Source: Malacoraja senta
Taxonomy: Eukaryota
Assembly: GCA_038087875.1 (NCBI GenBank)
Contig: CM075997.1
Location: forward strand, 2,668,001-2,732,000
DNA: 64,000 nt
Direction of reading: 5' to 3'
Each line of letters opens with the position of its first letter. The first letter of the stretch is position 1. The notes below the pieces were generated by a model, which was not told where the DNA came from, ran no database searches, and saw only the letters and a list, made by a program, of their open reading frames with translations. Positions 11,401 to 25,680 of this stretch are shown in pieces. The position numbers and the translations under genes are program-made.

Positions 11401-14400
11401 CGGTGGTCAGGATCGAACCCGTGTCTCTGGCGCTTTAAGGCAGCAACTCTACCGCTGCGCCACAGTTGCGAATGGCCGAGTCAGGAGAGCTGCCGACCCA
11501 GTCCCGCCCACACTTGTTAGTGACTCTCTCCCTCAGCCCACTGTCTCAGACTCTTCCTTTCTTCTTCCCCCCCCCCCCCCACCCTCACATCTGTCTGAAG
11601 AAGGGTCTCGACCCGAAACGTTGCCTATTTCCTTCGCTCCATAGATGCTGCCTCACCCACTGAGTTTCTCCAGCATTTTTGTCTACCTGAAATAGGTTGG
11701 TGGTTTAGAAATCCCAGTGAAGCTCGTAAATAGCAGGCCATTCAGCCCTTCTGCCCCTCCCTGTCAAAGTCATAGAGTCGTACAGCACAGAAACGGGCCC
11801 TTCGGCTCCACTGGTCCACGCCAACCAAGCAGTGACTGGTCCACGCCAACCAAGCAGTGACCAAGCTAGTCCCATTTGTTCACCTTTGGCCCATATCCCT
11901 CCAAATCTTTGCTATCCACGATACTCACAAAATGCGGGTCAGGCAGCATCTCTGGAGTAAAGGAATAGGTGACGTTTCTGGTCGAGACTTTTGTTCAGAC
12001 CTATTCCGACACTTTCCGATCCATGTACCTGTCCAAGCATCTTCCAGGTGAGGTTAATAGCACCTGTTCCCGTTCTACTCCATCTTCTGCCCTTCCAGCG
12101 TTATCTGGTTAGCACGCGCCAACAAATAGCTTTTCACTGTACCTCGCTGCACAAAACTATATGGAGGCACAAGGAACTGCAGATGCCGGAAAACCTGAGG
12201 AAAAACACAAAGTGCTGGAGGAACTCGGGTGGGCCAGGCAGCATCTGTGGAGGGAATGAACGGGCCCTTCAGTCTGAGGCAGGGTCGCGACCTGTCCATT
12301 CCCTCCATAGATGCTGCCTGACCCGCCGAGTTCTTCCAGCACTTTGTGTCCCAAGAGCGTGCAAATTGTTGGGTTGGCCAATTCGTACCCCAGTGTAAGT
12401 GGGACTCCAATACCTTGCCTTTGGGGTGATCAAACATAGGTTCATAAGTTATAGGCGCAGATGCTGCTTGATCTGCCGAGTACCCCCAACACTTTCTGGT
12501 TTGCTCATGATTTTGCTCAGTATCTGTAGTTCGTTGTCTATCTGTGTCTATCTTCGCTCCATAGATGCTGCTGCACCCGCTGAGTTTCTCCAGCATTTTT
12601 GTGTACCTTCTGCAGTTCTTTCCTGCACATTTTGTCTGTAGTTCGTTGTGGCTAAACAAAATGCTGGGCTTGGAAGAGGTTAAAGAAGCATGAGGGGGAC
12701 CTCATTGAAACTTATTGAACAGTGAAAGGCCTGGGTAGAGTGGATGTGGGGAGGGTGTTTCCGCTAGTGTGGGAGAGTCTAAGGCCCGAGGGCTCAGCTT
12801 CAGAATGAAAGGATGTTTAGTCAGAAGGTAGACAAAAATGCTGGAGAAACTCAGTGGGTGAGGCAGCATCTATGGAGCGAAGGAATAGGTAACGTTTCAG
12901 GCCGAGACCCTTCTTCAGACTCGGGTCGAGACCCTTCTTGTCTGAAGAAGGGTCTCGACCCGAAACGTCGCCTATTCCTTCGCTCCATAGATGCTGCCTC
13001 ACCCGCTGAGTTTCTCCAGCATTTTTGTCTACCTTTGATTTTTCCAGCATCTGCAGTTCCTCCTTAAACATTTAGTCATAAGGCCATAAGTGATGGAAGC
13101 AGAATTAGGCCATTCGTCCCATCATGTCTACTCCGCCATCCAATCATGGCTGATCTATCTTTCAATCTCGGCCCCTTTCTGCTTTCTTCCCATAACCCTT
13201 GTTTTCACACAGAGGATGGTGGGGACATGGAACGAGAGGGTGGTGGGGACAGAGGAAGTAGTAGGAACGGGTATCATTGCAATGTTTAAAAGACATAAGT
13301 TCATGTCACGGGAGCAGAAGTGGGCCATCGAGTTTACTCCACCATGCAATCATGACTGATCGATCTATCTCTCCCTCTCAACCCCATTCTCCTGCCTTCT
13401 CCTCGTAACCCCTGACACCCTTACCAACCAATCTCCGCCATAACAATATGGCTGTATGGTAATTTGAATGTCACAACCCTAATTGGTACACGTGACAATC
13501 AAAGACCTTTGAGAAATACATTATGACTTGGCCTCCACAGCCGTCTGTGGCAAAGAATTCCACAGCTTCACCGCCCTCTGGCTAAAGAAATTCCTCCTCA
13601 TCTCCTTCCTAAAGGAACGTCCTGTGCTTCTTTCCACCGAACCCCATAACCTGTCCGAGTCCTCGGTGGGTTTTGAGGAACGTTTTCGAGTGGGCGGCGC
13701 GGTGGCGCAGCGGTAAAGTTGCCGTCTCACAGCGCCAGAGACCCGGGTTCGACCCTGCGAAGTTTGCACGTTCTCCGTGTGACCTGCGTGGGTTTTCTCC
13801 GGGTGCCCCGGTCTCCTCCCACAATCCAAAGACGTGCACGTTCGTATGTGAATGGCCTCTGTAAAGTGGAGATTGTCCCCTTAGTGTGTTGGATAGTGTT
13901 AGCGCACGGGGTGATCACTGGTTGGCGCGGACACTGTGGGCCACAAGGCCTGTTTCCACTCTCTATCTCTGAGATAGAGATTCAGGGAGAGCGTCGCAGA
14001 GATCTGCACCGGGTTATCCGCACACACACTGCTAATAAGGGTCACAGTGGGACAGGGTTGAACCAGAGAACGGGGCGATGGTAGAGCTGGCTGATGTTTC
14101 TGATGTCGGAGAGAGTAGGGGGCAGGAATGGGTGTGAAAAGCAGGAAGAGGGATCTTTGCTCCACCAGGAAGCTTGGGAACGACTGTTGACTTGAAGTGG
14201 TGGAGGGGGGGGGGGGGGGGGAAAGGCCTTTTGTTGTGCCTTAAAACACGCATTACATCATGCACTCGGCTGCAATCAGCAATGATCAGTTGAAAAATAT
14301 TTGGATACTCCGGACATGACATTCCAAACATTCAGTGGCTGCAGCTTGCCAGCCTCGATGGGTATGTGTGTGTGTGTGTGTGTGTGTGTGACTGGGTGTG

Positions 14401-14528
14401 TGACTGGGTGTGTGCGCTTGAATGCGTTTGCGCGTTAGCTGTGGTATGCCTGTGTGGACACAGCTCCAAGAATGCATGCCTCCACCACTGTTAAGTATGA
14501 CTGTGTACTGAGACCTGTGTCCGTTCAT

Positions 14529-14607
<79 letters not shown>

Positions 14608-16437
14608 GTTTGTTTATACATGTGTGTGCGTTCACTGCGGCTTGTTGTCTGTGTGAGTGAGTGTAGTGGGATTAGTTTGGGACTTTTTCACACACAAATG
14701 GTGGTGGGTGCATGGAACGAGCTGCCAGAGGAGGTAGTTGAGGCTGGGACTATCCCAACGTTTAAGAAACAGACAGGTACATAGATAGTAGACAAAAGTG
14801 TTGGAGAAACTCAGCGGGTGCAGCAGCATCTATGGAGCGAAGGAAATAGGCAACGTTTAGGGCCGAAACTGTTATAGATAGGACAGGTTTGGAGGGATAT
14901 GGGCCAAACGCGGGCAGGTGGGACTAGTGTAGCTGGGACATGTTGGCCGGTGTGGGCAAGTTGGGCCAAAGGGCCTGTTTCCATACTGTATCACTCTATG
15001 ACTGACTTGTACAAGACTTGTACAAAACCAGCATCTGCAGTTCCTTCCTTCATCAGTACTTTTGTAGATCCAGCTCCTTGCCCTTTTTTTTCCTACAAAA
15101 TGCTCTTATTCAGAACAAACCAAAATACAAAGTAGCAACACTATCAAAGAATGTCTATATTGGTACCTTACAAACAAAGTTATCAAATTGAAACATTAAC
15201 ATGGGCTCCTTGCCCTAGGAGTGTGTGATGGGACAGTGTAGAGCAAAGAGCTAGTATCTTTGGTGTAGAGGGAGCTTCACTCAGTGTCTACCCCGTGCTG
15301 TCCCCGCCCTGGGAGTGTGTGATGTCAGTCTTCCTGTTCTTCCCATCTCCCCATTGTGTGGAAGCCCGTCTCCTTTGTCTCGCCTCTCCCTCTCCGTCCA
15401 GTGGGAATCGTATCATTCCAGTCCCACGCTGTTGGCAGCTTTATCTGGGTCATCTTGCTCCAATGATGATCGCAGATGATTAACTCCCTCCTGCCAAAGT
15501 AGCAACTATTTCCAGTTCTTTTGTTGAAGGATCATCCTCCACTCCCTGCACGGGTCTGAACCTCCTAACAGTTCTTTTAGTTTTTTAGTTTTAGAGATAC
15601 AGCGCGGAAACAGGCCCTGTTCCCAAAGGGCCTGCCTCAGAGGCCGGTTCTCTGGATACTTTCAAGAGAGAGCTAGATAGGGCTCTTAAAAATAGCAGAG
15701 TCAGGGCATATGGGGAGAAGGCAGGAACGGGGTACTGATTGGGGATGATCAGCCATGATCACATTGAATGGCGGTGCTGGCTCGAAGAGCCGAATGGCCT
15801 ACTCCTGCATCTATTGTCTATTGTCTATTGGCCCACCGAGTCCACACCGACCAGCGATTAGGTTAATTGGCTGGATATAAATGTACAAAATGGTCTCTAG
15901 TGTGTGTAGGGTAGTGTTAATGTGTGGGGATCACTGGTCGGTGCGGACTAAGTGGGCTGATGCAAGTTTCTGTGCTGTATCACTAAACTAAACTTAACTA
16001 CTATCCACCTCATTGGAGGCCCATGGACTCTCTTTGATCGGGCGTTATCTTGCACTAAACGCTATTTACGTTATTCCCTTTATCCTGCATCTACACACTG
16101 TGGACGGCTCGATTGTAATCATGTATTGTCTCTTCAATGACTGGTTAGCACGCAACAAAACGTTTCACTGTACCTCGATACGTGACTGAACTGTTATATA
16201 GTCAGTGGAAGGATTATACATGATTACAATCGAGCCGTCCACAATGTAGACACACGATAAGCTCTTCCCTCTCCCCCATTTATACTTCTGACAATGGGTA
16301 ATGTTAGGAAGGATTAAACCGAAGATAGACACAAAATGCTGGAGTAACTCAGCGGTTCAGGCAGCATCTCTGGAGAGTCGAGACAGAAACGGAGGGCTTT
16401 AAGGCCTTCCTGGTGGGGGATGGAGGTGTCGAGTGAC

Positions 16438-16972
16438 TAGGGTCGCCAACGTTCTCACTCCCAAGACAAATGGTCAAAATACGGGACAAATTCCCAACGG
16501 CAATTCGTTGCCCGACTGGGCCGTGGCTGGGTGAATGAAGAGTTGGCCCCGGGTGCTGGACTGCACACAAAGCCCAGCCGGCGGGCCAGTTGAGGAGTTT
16601 TGGCCCGAGCCGTGCGACGTTGCGCGCAAAGTCCGGCACCCCGTCCAACTCATGAACCGATGATCGGCCGTGAGAAGGAGGGGTGGTGGTGGTGTCGGCG
16701 GTAAGCGAAGGTCCGAAGGTCGGACAGCTGGCCGGGCTGCCGACCGACCGATGGGGCCACGGGCGAGGCTGCTGCTGCTGCTGCTGCACTCCATGGGCTG
16801 CACTACATTGGGACGGGTGAGGCGGGGGCCGGACGCGGCGCTCCGACCCGACAGTCCCCTCGACCCGAGTACTAGCAGTTAAATACGGGACAAGGGCGGT
16901 CCCGTACGGGACAAACCAATTTAGCCCAAAATCCGGGTTGCCCCGGCTAATACGGGACAGTTGGCAACCCTA
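16438..16972. mobile_element. hAT-type non-autonomous DNA transposon
   Basis: TIR TAGGGTCGCCAAC / GTTGGCAACCCTA; 8-bp TSD cgagtgac/agagtgac; repeated tacgggaca subterminal motifs. Confidence 0.85.
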
Positions 16973-19900
16973 AGAGTGACTGAAAGCCCAGCGATGCTGT
17001 CTGTCCCGCTGAGTTACTCCAGCATTTTATGTCTCTCAGCAGGTCACGTTACCTCAATTTCTCTTTCCATTCACAACAATTGGTGAATAGAGTGTGGAGG
17101 TGGCAGGGTGTGTGATTTTAGTCATGAATCTGGTACTACTGGCCTGGTGCCCAGCATGGTTAGACTCACCATACTGTGTATCCAACACATAGTCAGTGTT
17201 AACAAACAAGTGTGGGTAGGTTGGAATAGTAAATGGAATTACCCATGATGTCAGCCAGTGGAAAGAAGAAAAATAGACACAAAATGCTGGAGTAACTCAG
17301 TGGGTCAGGCAGCATCTCTGGGGAACCCGTTTAGTTCATTAGTTTAGAGATACAGCGCAGATACAGGCCCGACAGCCCACCAAGTCCGTGCCAACCAGCG
17401 ATCACCCCGTACACCAACACTATCCTACACCCACACGAGGGACAATTTACAGTTTTTACCAAAGCCAATTAACCTACAAACCTGCACGTCTTTTGGAGTG
17501 TGGGAGGAAACCGGAGCACCCGGAGACAACCCACGTGGTCACAGGGAGAACGTACAAACTCCATACGGGCAGCACCAGTAGTTAGGATCAGACAGCCCCC
17601 TTAGTCAGGATCGAACCTGGGTCTCTGGCGCTGTAAGGCCACAACTATACGCTGCCCTAGACATGGATAGGTGACGTTTCGGATCAGATGGAGAAGGATA
17701 AATTGAGTAAACATTACCTGTCGACAGATCTTTGTACTGACCCTGCCACAGACAACACAGGAGGCTGTTCGGCCCATCGTGTCTGTGCTGGCTCACAGCA
17801 AAGCAATTGCATCTGCCTCATTGCCCCCCCCCCTCCCCCCCCGAATATCCCTGTACCTCTGCATGCACGACTGTCAAACCCCCTGTGATTCTATTGTCAT
17901 TAACCCGCTCCTGAGAGAGCCCGGAATGTCTGGTTAACCCGAACAGTTTAAGTGTCTGAAGAATGGTTCCAACCCTGCTCCTTCTCTCCAGAGATGCTGC
18001 CTGACCCGCTGAGCTACTCCAGCACTTTGCGTCCATCTTGGATATAAACCAGCATCTGCAGTTCCTTCCTACACAGGCAGAGAGGTTAAGGCCAACTCAA
18101 TGAACACGATGGGGCTGATGTGTAGTCATTGCAATGAGTATTAAGGGTTATGTGGAGCATAGAACAGAGCAGCACAGGAATAGATCCTTCGGCCCACAAT
18201 GTCCGTGCCGAACATGATGCCAAGTTAAACTGACCTCCTGTGCCTGCACGTGATCCATATCCCTCCATCCTCTACATGTGTCTATCTAAAAGCCTCTTAA
18301 CCACCCACCTCTGTAAACACCAACCAACGCCCTGCACATCTCCTTTAAAATCGGTTCCTCTCAACTAAGTCAAGTCAAGTCAAGTCAAGTTAATTTTATT
18401 TCTATAGCACATTTAAAAACAACTTTCGTTGACCAAAGTGCTTTACATCAGTGCAGGTACTAACATGCTACATACAGTGGTACGTAGATCTAACAATACA
18501 TACATAAATACATACATACAGCACTCCCTCAGAGGACCTCAAGAAAGGCTTGAGAGTAGAAATAAGTTTTGAAGTCTGGACGATGGAGGGGGCAGTTCTG
18601 ATGGGAAGAGGGATGCTGTTCCACAGTCTAGGTGCTGCAACCGCAAAAGCGCGGTCGCCCCTGAGCTTATGCCTGGACCGCGGGATGGTCAGTAACCCCA
18701 GGTCGCCCGACCTGAGGGACCTGGAGGCGGTGTGGTGGGAAAGCAGACTTTTGATGTAGGTCTAGTATTAGTAACTATGCACTCTAAGATTTGATATTTC
18801 CACCCTCGGAGAAAGGTTGTGACTGTCTCCCCTGTCTATGCCGCTCATAATTTAATATACTATTGGGTTTCACTTGGAGTGGGTGTGTAGAACAAGCTGC
18901 CAGAGGAGGCAGTTGAGGCCAATACTAGACTCAAGGCAGAGTAGACTCAATGGGCTGAATGGCCTACTTCTGCTCCTATGACTTATGAACGTACAAACAT
19001 GCTTTTTAAACGTTGTATTTATTCCCGCTGCCACCACCTCTGGCAGCTCGTTCCATGCACCCACCACCCTCTGTGTGGAAAAACATGCCCCGTGAATCCC
19101 CTTTAAATCTTTCCCTTCAACTCTAAAGCTATTAAATCTCTGCCCTCTAGTTTTGGACTCTACCTGGGGAAGGTAGAGAGACTGTAATCCTTCACATCAT
19201 GTGTGCTCCTCATGAATGTATTCATCTGCCAACTAATGATAGTGACACAGCGTGGAAACAGGCCCTTCGGCCCAACTTGCCCACACCTGCCAACATGTCC
19301 CAGCTACACGTCCCACCTGCCCGCGTTTGGTCCATATCTCTCCAAACCTGTCCTATCCATGTACCTGTACAACTGTTTCTTAAACGTTGGGGTAGTCCCA
19401 GCCTCAACTACCTCCTCTGGCAGCTTGTTCCATACATCCGCCACCCTGTGTGTGAAAAAGTTACCCCTCACATTCCTATTAAATCTTTCCCCCTTCACCT
19501 TGAACCTATGTCCCCTGGTCCTTGATTCCCCTACTCTGGGAAAGAGACTCTGTGCATCTACCCGATTTATTCCTCTTGTTTTTATACACCTCTATAAGAT
19601 CACCCCTCATCTTCCTGCGCTCCAAGGATTAGTGTCCCAGCCTAGTCAACCTCTCCCTGATCTCGAACTAGTTTCGTAGTTCCCTCTGTTTTTCTCTCTT
19701 TCCGCCTTCGTTTAGTGACGTGCTCCGTTTTTATCCCCCCATCCTGTAGGAATCATTCCAGAAACCATGGGATTTTGGAAGTTGTGAACCAGAGCATCTG
19801 TTATTCCCATCTCTGCGTCTTTCGAAATTCTGGAATGTAAAATTATCAAGTCCATGGGGTTTATCAGATTTCAGACTCATTAACTTCCCCAACCGCTTTT

Positions 19901-20202
19901 TTTTAGACTAATATTAATTCATTTTATTTCCTCCTTTGCACTGCGTCTTTAGTTTTCTGGAAATGCTGGGGGCTTTTTTGTGTCTTTTTACCCCGTTTAA
20001 CGTTTCGAGACAAAGAGCGGAAACGGGGCCCTTTGGCCCACCTGGTCCGCGCCGACCAGCGATCACCCCGTACACTAATCTTACACACACTAGGGAACAG
20101 TTTTAAAATTTTACAGAAGCCAATTAACCTGTAAACCTGCACGTCTTTGGAGTGTGGGAGCAATCTGAGGTCAGGATTGAACCCGGGTCCCTGGTGCTGT
20201 AA

Positions 20203-20594
20203 AGGGCCTGTCCCACTTAGGAGACCTAAGCAGCAAACCTCTGGTGACCTTGCCGCCACCCAAAAAAAATCAAGGTCGAGGTGACCTGCAACCTCCTACC
20301 ACCTCCCACGCATATGTTGAAAACCTTCCTCCACTATGAAGAAAACCAGCTTCGACTAGACCTGCGACTAAAAAATGATCGATTTTATTAAACGGCAACC
20401 TATTTTTAGTCGTGGGCCGGTTTAAATCATGATGAAAAAATAGCAGCAACCTAGATGAAGCCTCGACCACGCGGAAACCACTTTCGACCATTAGGGGAGA
20501 GTGACCAAAACCTTCGGTGACCTCATGGAAACCTTGGGTGGCGGGCAAGGTCACCAGAGGTTGCTGCTTAGGTCTCCTAAGTGGGACAGGGGCT
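20203..20594. mobile_element. PIF/Harbinger-type MITE inserted in a SINE
   Basis: ~50-bp TIRs AGGGCCTGTCCCACTTAGGAGACCTAAGCAGCAA...; TAA target duplication. Confidence 0.85.
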
Positions 20595-23419
20595 TAAGGC
20601 AACATCTCCACTGCTGTCCCATAGTGCCGCCCCTCTCACCTTAAACCTATATCCTCTGGTTCTTTATTCCCTTACTCTGGGTAGACTGTGCTCACGCTTG
20701 TGAACCCAGACGGCTATTCGAGACCTCTGCAGCAGAGAATACTGATTAGTTTTAGTTTTTGAAGTTGTATTTTTCGAGGTACAGCGCAGAAACAGGCGCT
20801 TCGGCCCACCGAGGTCCGCGCCGACCAGCGATCCCCACACATTAACACAACCTAGGGACAGTTTCACATTCATTCCAAGCCACTTAACCTACAAACCTGT
20901 ACGTCTTTGGAGTGCGGGAGGAAACCGAAGATCTCGGAGAAAAGTCACGGGGAGAACGTACAAACTCCGTACAGACAGCGCTCATAGTCTGGATCAAACC
21001 CTGGGACTCTGGCGCTGTGAGGCAGCAGCTCTATCGCTGTGCCACCGTGCTGCCCCTTGTGATGGGTCCTTTTAGGGAGCTGGGTACTGGATGGGGATTG
21101 AGCCTGGAGTGATTTTCCGCTCTCCCGGGCCTGAACACAAGGCCTCAACACTGTGCCTTTGGCTGTGTTGAATCCTCCTTTCCCCATCGGATGCTGCGTA
21201 TAGCCCCTCCTGTTTCTGTCGCGCAGATTGTGGGTGCCGACTGGTAACTAGTCCTGCCCTCTGGCACAGTGCCCAGTGGTCGCATGTACAGGTGGCACCA
21301 GTTGCAGCTGCCTCACGTCTCCAGCCACCCCACGTCTCCAGTCAATCCTCACCTTGGGGGCTGTCTGCGTGGAGTTCGCACGTTATCCTTGTGTCTGTGT
21401 GACTTTCCTCTCCATCATCTCAAAGACCCAGTGACGCAGCGGTAGAGTTGCTGCCTCACAGCGCCAGAGACCCAGGTTCGATCCTGGACTACGGGCGGCA
21501 GTCTGTATGGAGTTTACACGTTCTCCCCGTGACCTGCGTGGGTTTCCTCCGGGTGCTCCGGTTTCCTCCCACATCCCAAAGACATGCGGGTTTGTAGGTT
21601 AATTGGCTTCTGTACATCGTCCCAGTGTGTGTCGGATCGAACTGGTGTATGGGTGATCACCAGTCAGCGCAGACTCGGTGGATTCTACCAGGAACCCTGC
21701 AGATCAATGAGTTATTGGGCTGCCGTAGATCACCCTGAGTGTGTGGGTGATGGGTGGAAGCTGAGGGGAGGCGATGGGAACGTGGAGAGAGTAGCTTGCC
21801 GGAAAATAGTTGGGAATGGGAGTAATGGGATTGGTCTGAGAAACAGCAGAGGAGGTAGTTGAGGCTGGGACTATCCCAACGTTTAAGAAACAATTAGACA
21901 GGTATATGGATAGGACAAGTTTGGAGGGATATGGACCAAGCGCAGGCAGGTGGGACGAGTGTAGCTGGGACATGATGGGCCGAAGGGCCTGTTTCACGCT
22001 GCATAGCATTCAAATGGCATGGAGTGTAGGTGAATGTGAAAAATATTTAGTAGATGAATGACACTCATCTGTGGCAAAGAATTCCACAGATTCACCACCC
22101 ACTAAAGAAATTCCTCCTCATCTCCTTCCTAAAGGAACGTCCTTTAATTCTGAGGCTATGCCCTCTAGTCCTAGACTCTCCCACTAGTGGAAACATCCTC
22201 TCCACATAAGCGATGTTTCAGTTTGCAAGCCTTCTTCAGACTTCAGCCCTTGTGACATTCTCCTTTTGATCTTAACAGCAAACAATTCAGCTTCTCTAAC
22301 ACCTCCTCCAGACTGCTCTTTTGACCTTTCGTTTCACCTTTAATGCACGATCTCTGCTCATTATCACTTGTAATCTCTCCGTTCTGCCAGCCAGTCACAG
22401 GAGATAACACACACAGAGTGCTGGAGTAACTCAGCGGGACAGGCAGCATCTCTTCGACCCGAAACGTCACCCATTCCTTCTCTCCAGAGATGTTGCTGGT
22501 CCCGCTGAGTTACTCCAGCGCCTTTTGTCTACTTTTGGTTTAAACCAGCATCTGCACTTCCTTCTGGCGCACCCAGACACGGGAGTTTGTTCCTCTCCAA
22601 CACCACCTCCTCCTTAACACATCTTAGGATCTCTTTACGTCTGATGTCTCCCGGTTATGCTGGAAGGTTTTGAATGATACAGCATGGAAATAGGCCCTTC
22701 GGCCCATCGAGTCCTCGCCGACTATCGATCACCTGCTCACGCTAGTTCTATGTTATCCCACTTTTTCATCCAGTTCCTGCAAAATGGGGGATAATTTACA
22801 GAGGGCCAATTATCCTACGAACCCGCACGTGTTTGGGATGTGGGCGGAAACCGGAGCACCCGGAGTAAACGGCTCCGCAGACAGTGGTGGAGGCCAAGTC
22901 ATTGGGCTTCAGGAAGGAGATGAAGAGGAATTTATTTAGTCAGAGGCTGGTGAATCTGTGGAAGTCATTGCCACAGACGGCTGTGGAGGCCAAGTCATTG
23001 GGCATTTTTAAAGCGGAGATTGTCCGGTTCTTGATTAGTACGGCAACCAAAGGCAGGAGAATGGGGTTGAGAGGAAAAGGTAGGTCAGCCATGATTGGAG
23101 AAAGAGTGCACTTGATGGGCTGAATGGCCTAATTCTGCTCCTATGTTTTATGGACGTATGAAGCCCTGAGTTGGGACCAGCGGCTGTTATGCATCCGGCC
23201 AGGGGATGAGGTGTTGTTACGTTAACTTGAGTTGGAATTTGCCAGCACTTTGTTGGTAGTCTGTGATGGAGTGGTCAGAGTTGGAATGAGATTGTGGATT
23301 AAAAGTTAAATTAAAGGTGTTGGAGGATCTCAACGGGTCGGGCATCATCTGCGGAGAGAATGGACAGACAGTGTTTCAGGTAGGGACCCTTCTTCAGAGA
23401 GGGGTGATGATGTCCCTCT

Positions 23420-24200
23420 CTGATGTTGTCCCACCAGAGAGAGATCTTGTCCCATCAGAGATGTCGCATCAGAGAGAGATGTCCCACCAGAGAGGGATGT
23501 CATCCCACCAGAGAGAGATGTTGTCCCATCAGAGAGAGATGTTGTCCCATCAGAGAGGGATGTTGTCCCATCAGAGAGAGATGTTTAACCCACCAGATAG
23601 AGATGTCGTCCCACCAGAGAGAGATGTTGTCCCATCAGAGAGAGATGTTGTCCCATCAGAGAGGGATGTTGTCCCATCAGAGAGAGATGTTGTCCCATCA
23701 GAGATGTCCCATCAGAGAGAGATGTCCCATCAGAGAGAGATGTTGTCCCATCAGAGAGAGATCTTGTCCCACCAGAGAGAGATCTTGTCCCACCAGAGAG
23801 AGATCTTGACCCACCAGAGAGAGATCTTGTCCCATCAGAGAGAGATCTTGTCCCACCAGAGAGAGATCTTGTCCCACCAGAGAGAGATCTTGTCCCACCA
23901 GAGAGAGATCTTGTCCCTTCAGAGAGAGATCTTGTCCCACCAGAGAGAGATCTTGTCCCACCAGAGAGAGATCTTGTCCCACCCGAGAGATGTCCCACCA
24001 GAGAGAGATGTTCCACCAGAGAGGGATGTTGTCCCACCCGAGAGATGTTGTCCCAGAGAGAGAGAGATGTTGTCCATCAGAGAGGTTGGCCCACCAGAGA
24101 GAGTTGTTGTCCCACCAGAGGGGGGTGGGATCCCAGCAGAGCGGAGATGTGAGATCCCAGTAGAGAGAGGAGACGTGGTCCCATTGGAGACGAGGCCATG
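23420..24200. repeat. ~21-bp minisatellite (gttgtcccatcagagagagat)n
   Basis: Tandem array visible directly; degenerates toward the right end. Confidence 0.9.
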
Positions 24201-25635
24201 TTTTGAGTGCTAACTATGGCAGCCCACACTGAACAAGCGGAGGGCATGTTGAGGAGAACATTCCCGTTGAAACTTGGAGACTTCAGTTGCACAACAAGTG
24301 TGTGGAACAAAACGGCAAGTTGTGACCACGGGGGAATTGGTGGAGTTTCCTGGTCTTTCTACTGATTTTCTTGGGTGATTTTGGGCCAAGGCTGGTAAAT
24401 AAGTGACGTGTCCCAAACGTGTCGCTTCCCTTCTTAGAAGCTTCTGGCTGCCTCTTTTGACAAGGGAAATAACTCAGAATCTCACATCTGCTCTCTGGGG
24501 AAACAGCGCACCAACGCTGCACGGCTGCTGCAACAACGCAGGACCTGCATTGGTGTAGCGCCTTTCCAATACAGCAACAAGTCCCAAGGTGCTCCGTGGG
24601 AGTGAACTTTGACCCCAACGAGATAAAAGTGGGATAACATAGAACTAGGGCGGGAGGGTGGCGCAGCGGGTAGAGTTGTACCTTACAGCGCCAGAGACCC
24701 GGGTTCAACCCTGGCTACAGGTGCTGTCTGTACGGAGTTTGCACGTTCTCCCCGTGTCCGCATGGGTTTTCTCCAAGATATTCGGTTTCCTCCCACATTC
24801 CAAAGACGTGCAGGTTTGTAGGTTAATAGGCTTCCCCCTGGTCCATTCCTTCCCGAACTATGTCTACGACACATTCACACATTTGTCTCTTCAATGACTT
24901 ATGCTTTCCAAGCCCCCACTCCCACATCTTTCCCCCACCAGGAAGGCCTCAATAGACAATAGACAATAGGTGCAGGAGTAGGCCATTCGGCCCTTTAAGC
25001 CAGCACCGCCATTCAATGTGATCATGGCTGATCATCCCCAATCAGTACCCCGTTCCTGCCTTCTCCCCATATCCCGACTCCGCTATCTTTAAGAGCCCTA
25101 TCCAGCTCTCTCTTGAAAGCTTCCAGAGAACCGGCCTCCACCGCCCTCTGAGGCAGAGAATTCCACACATTCACAACTCTCCGTTCTAAATGGTTTACCC
25201 CTTATTCTTAAACTGTGGCCCCTGGTTCTGGACTCCCCCAACATCGGGAACATGTTTCCTGCCTCTAGCGTGTCCAAGCCCTTAACAATCTTATATGTTT
25301 CAATAAGATCCCCTCCTAAAGCCCTCTGTTTCTTCCTCGACCGCAGAACCAGTCAATATCCCTCCACTAACACTCTCCTCCGCCTAGTCCTCCATTGGCC
25401 TTACAGATAGTCTGAAGAAGGAGTCTCGACCTGAAACGTCACCCATTCCTTCTCTCCAGCCAAGCTGAGTTATTCCAGCTTTTTGTGTCTAGCTTCGGTG
25501 TAAACCAGCATCTGCAGTTCCTTGTGAAGGAAGGCCCAGAACAAATTGGAGGAACAGCACCTCATATTTCGCTTGGGCAGCTTACACCCCAGCAGTATGA
25601 ACATTGACTTCTCCAACTACAAGTAACGCTTGCTG

Positions 25636-25680
<45 letters not shown>

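Noticed and set aside
23317..24213. 298-aa ORF with SHQREIL repeats
   Set aside because: Product of a 21-bp minisatellite, open in several frames, with no splice or domain support; not a CRISPR array because there are no unique spacers
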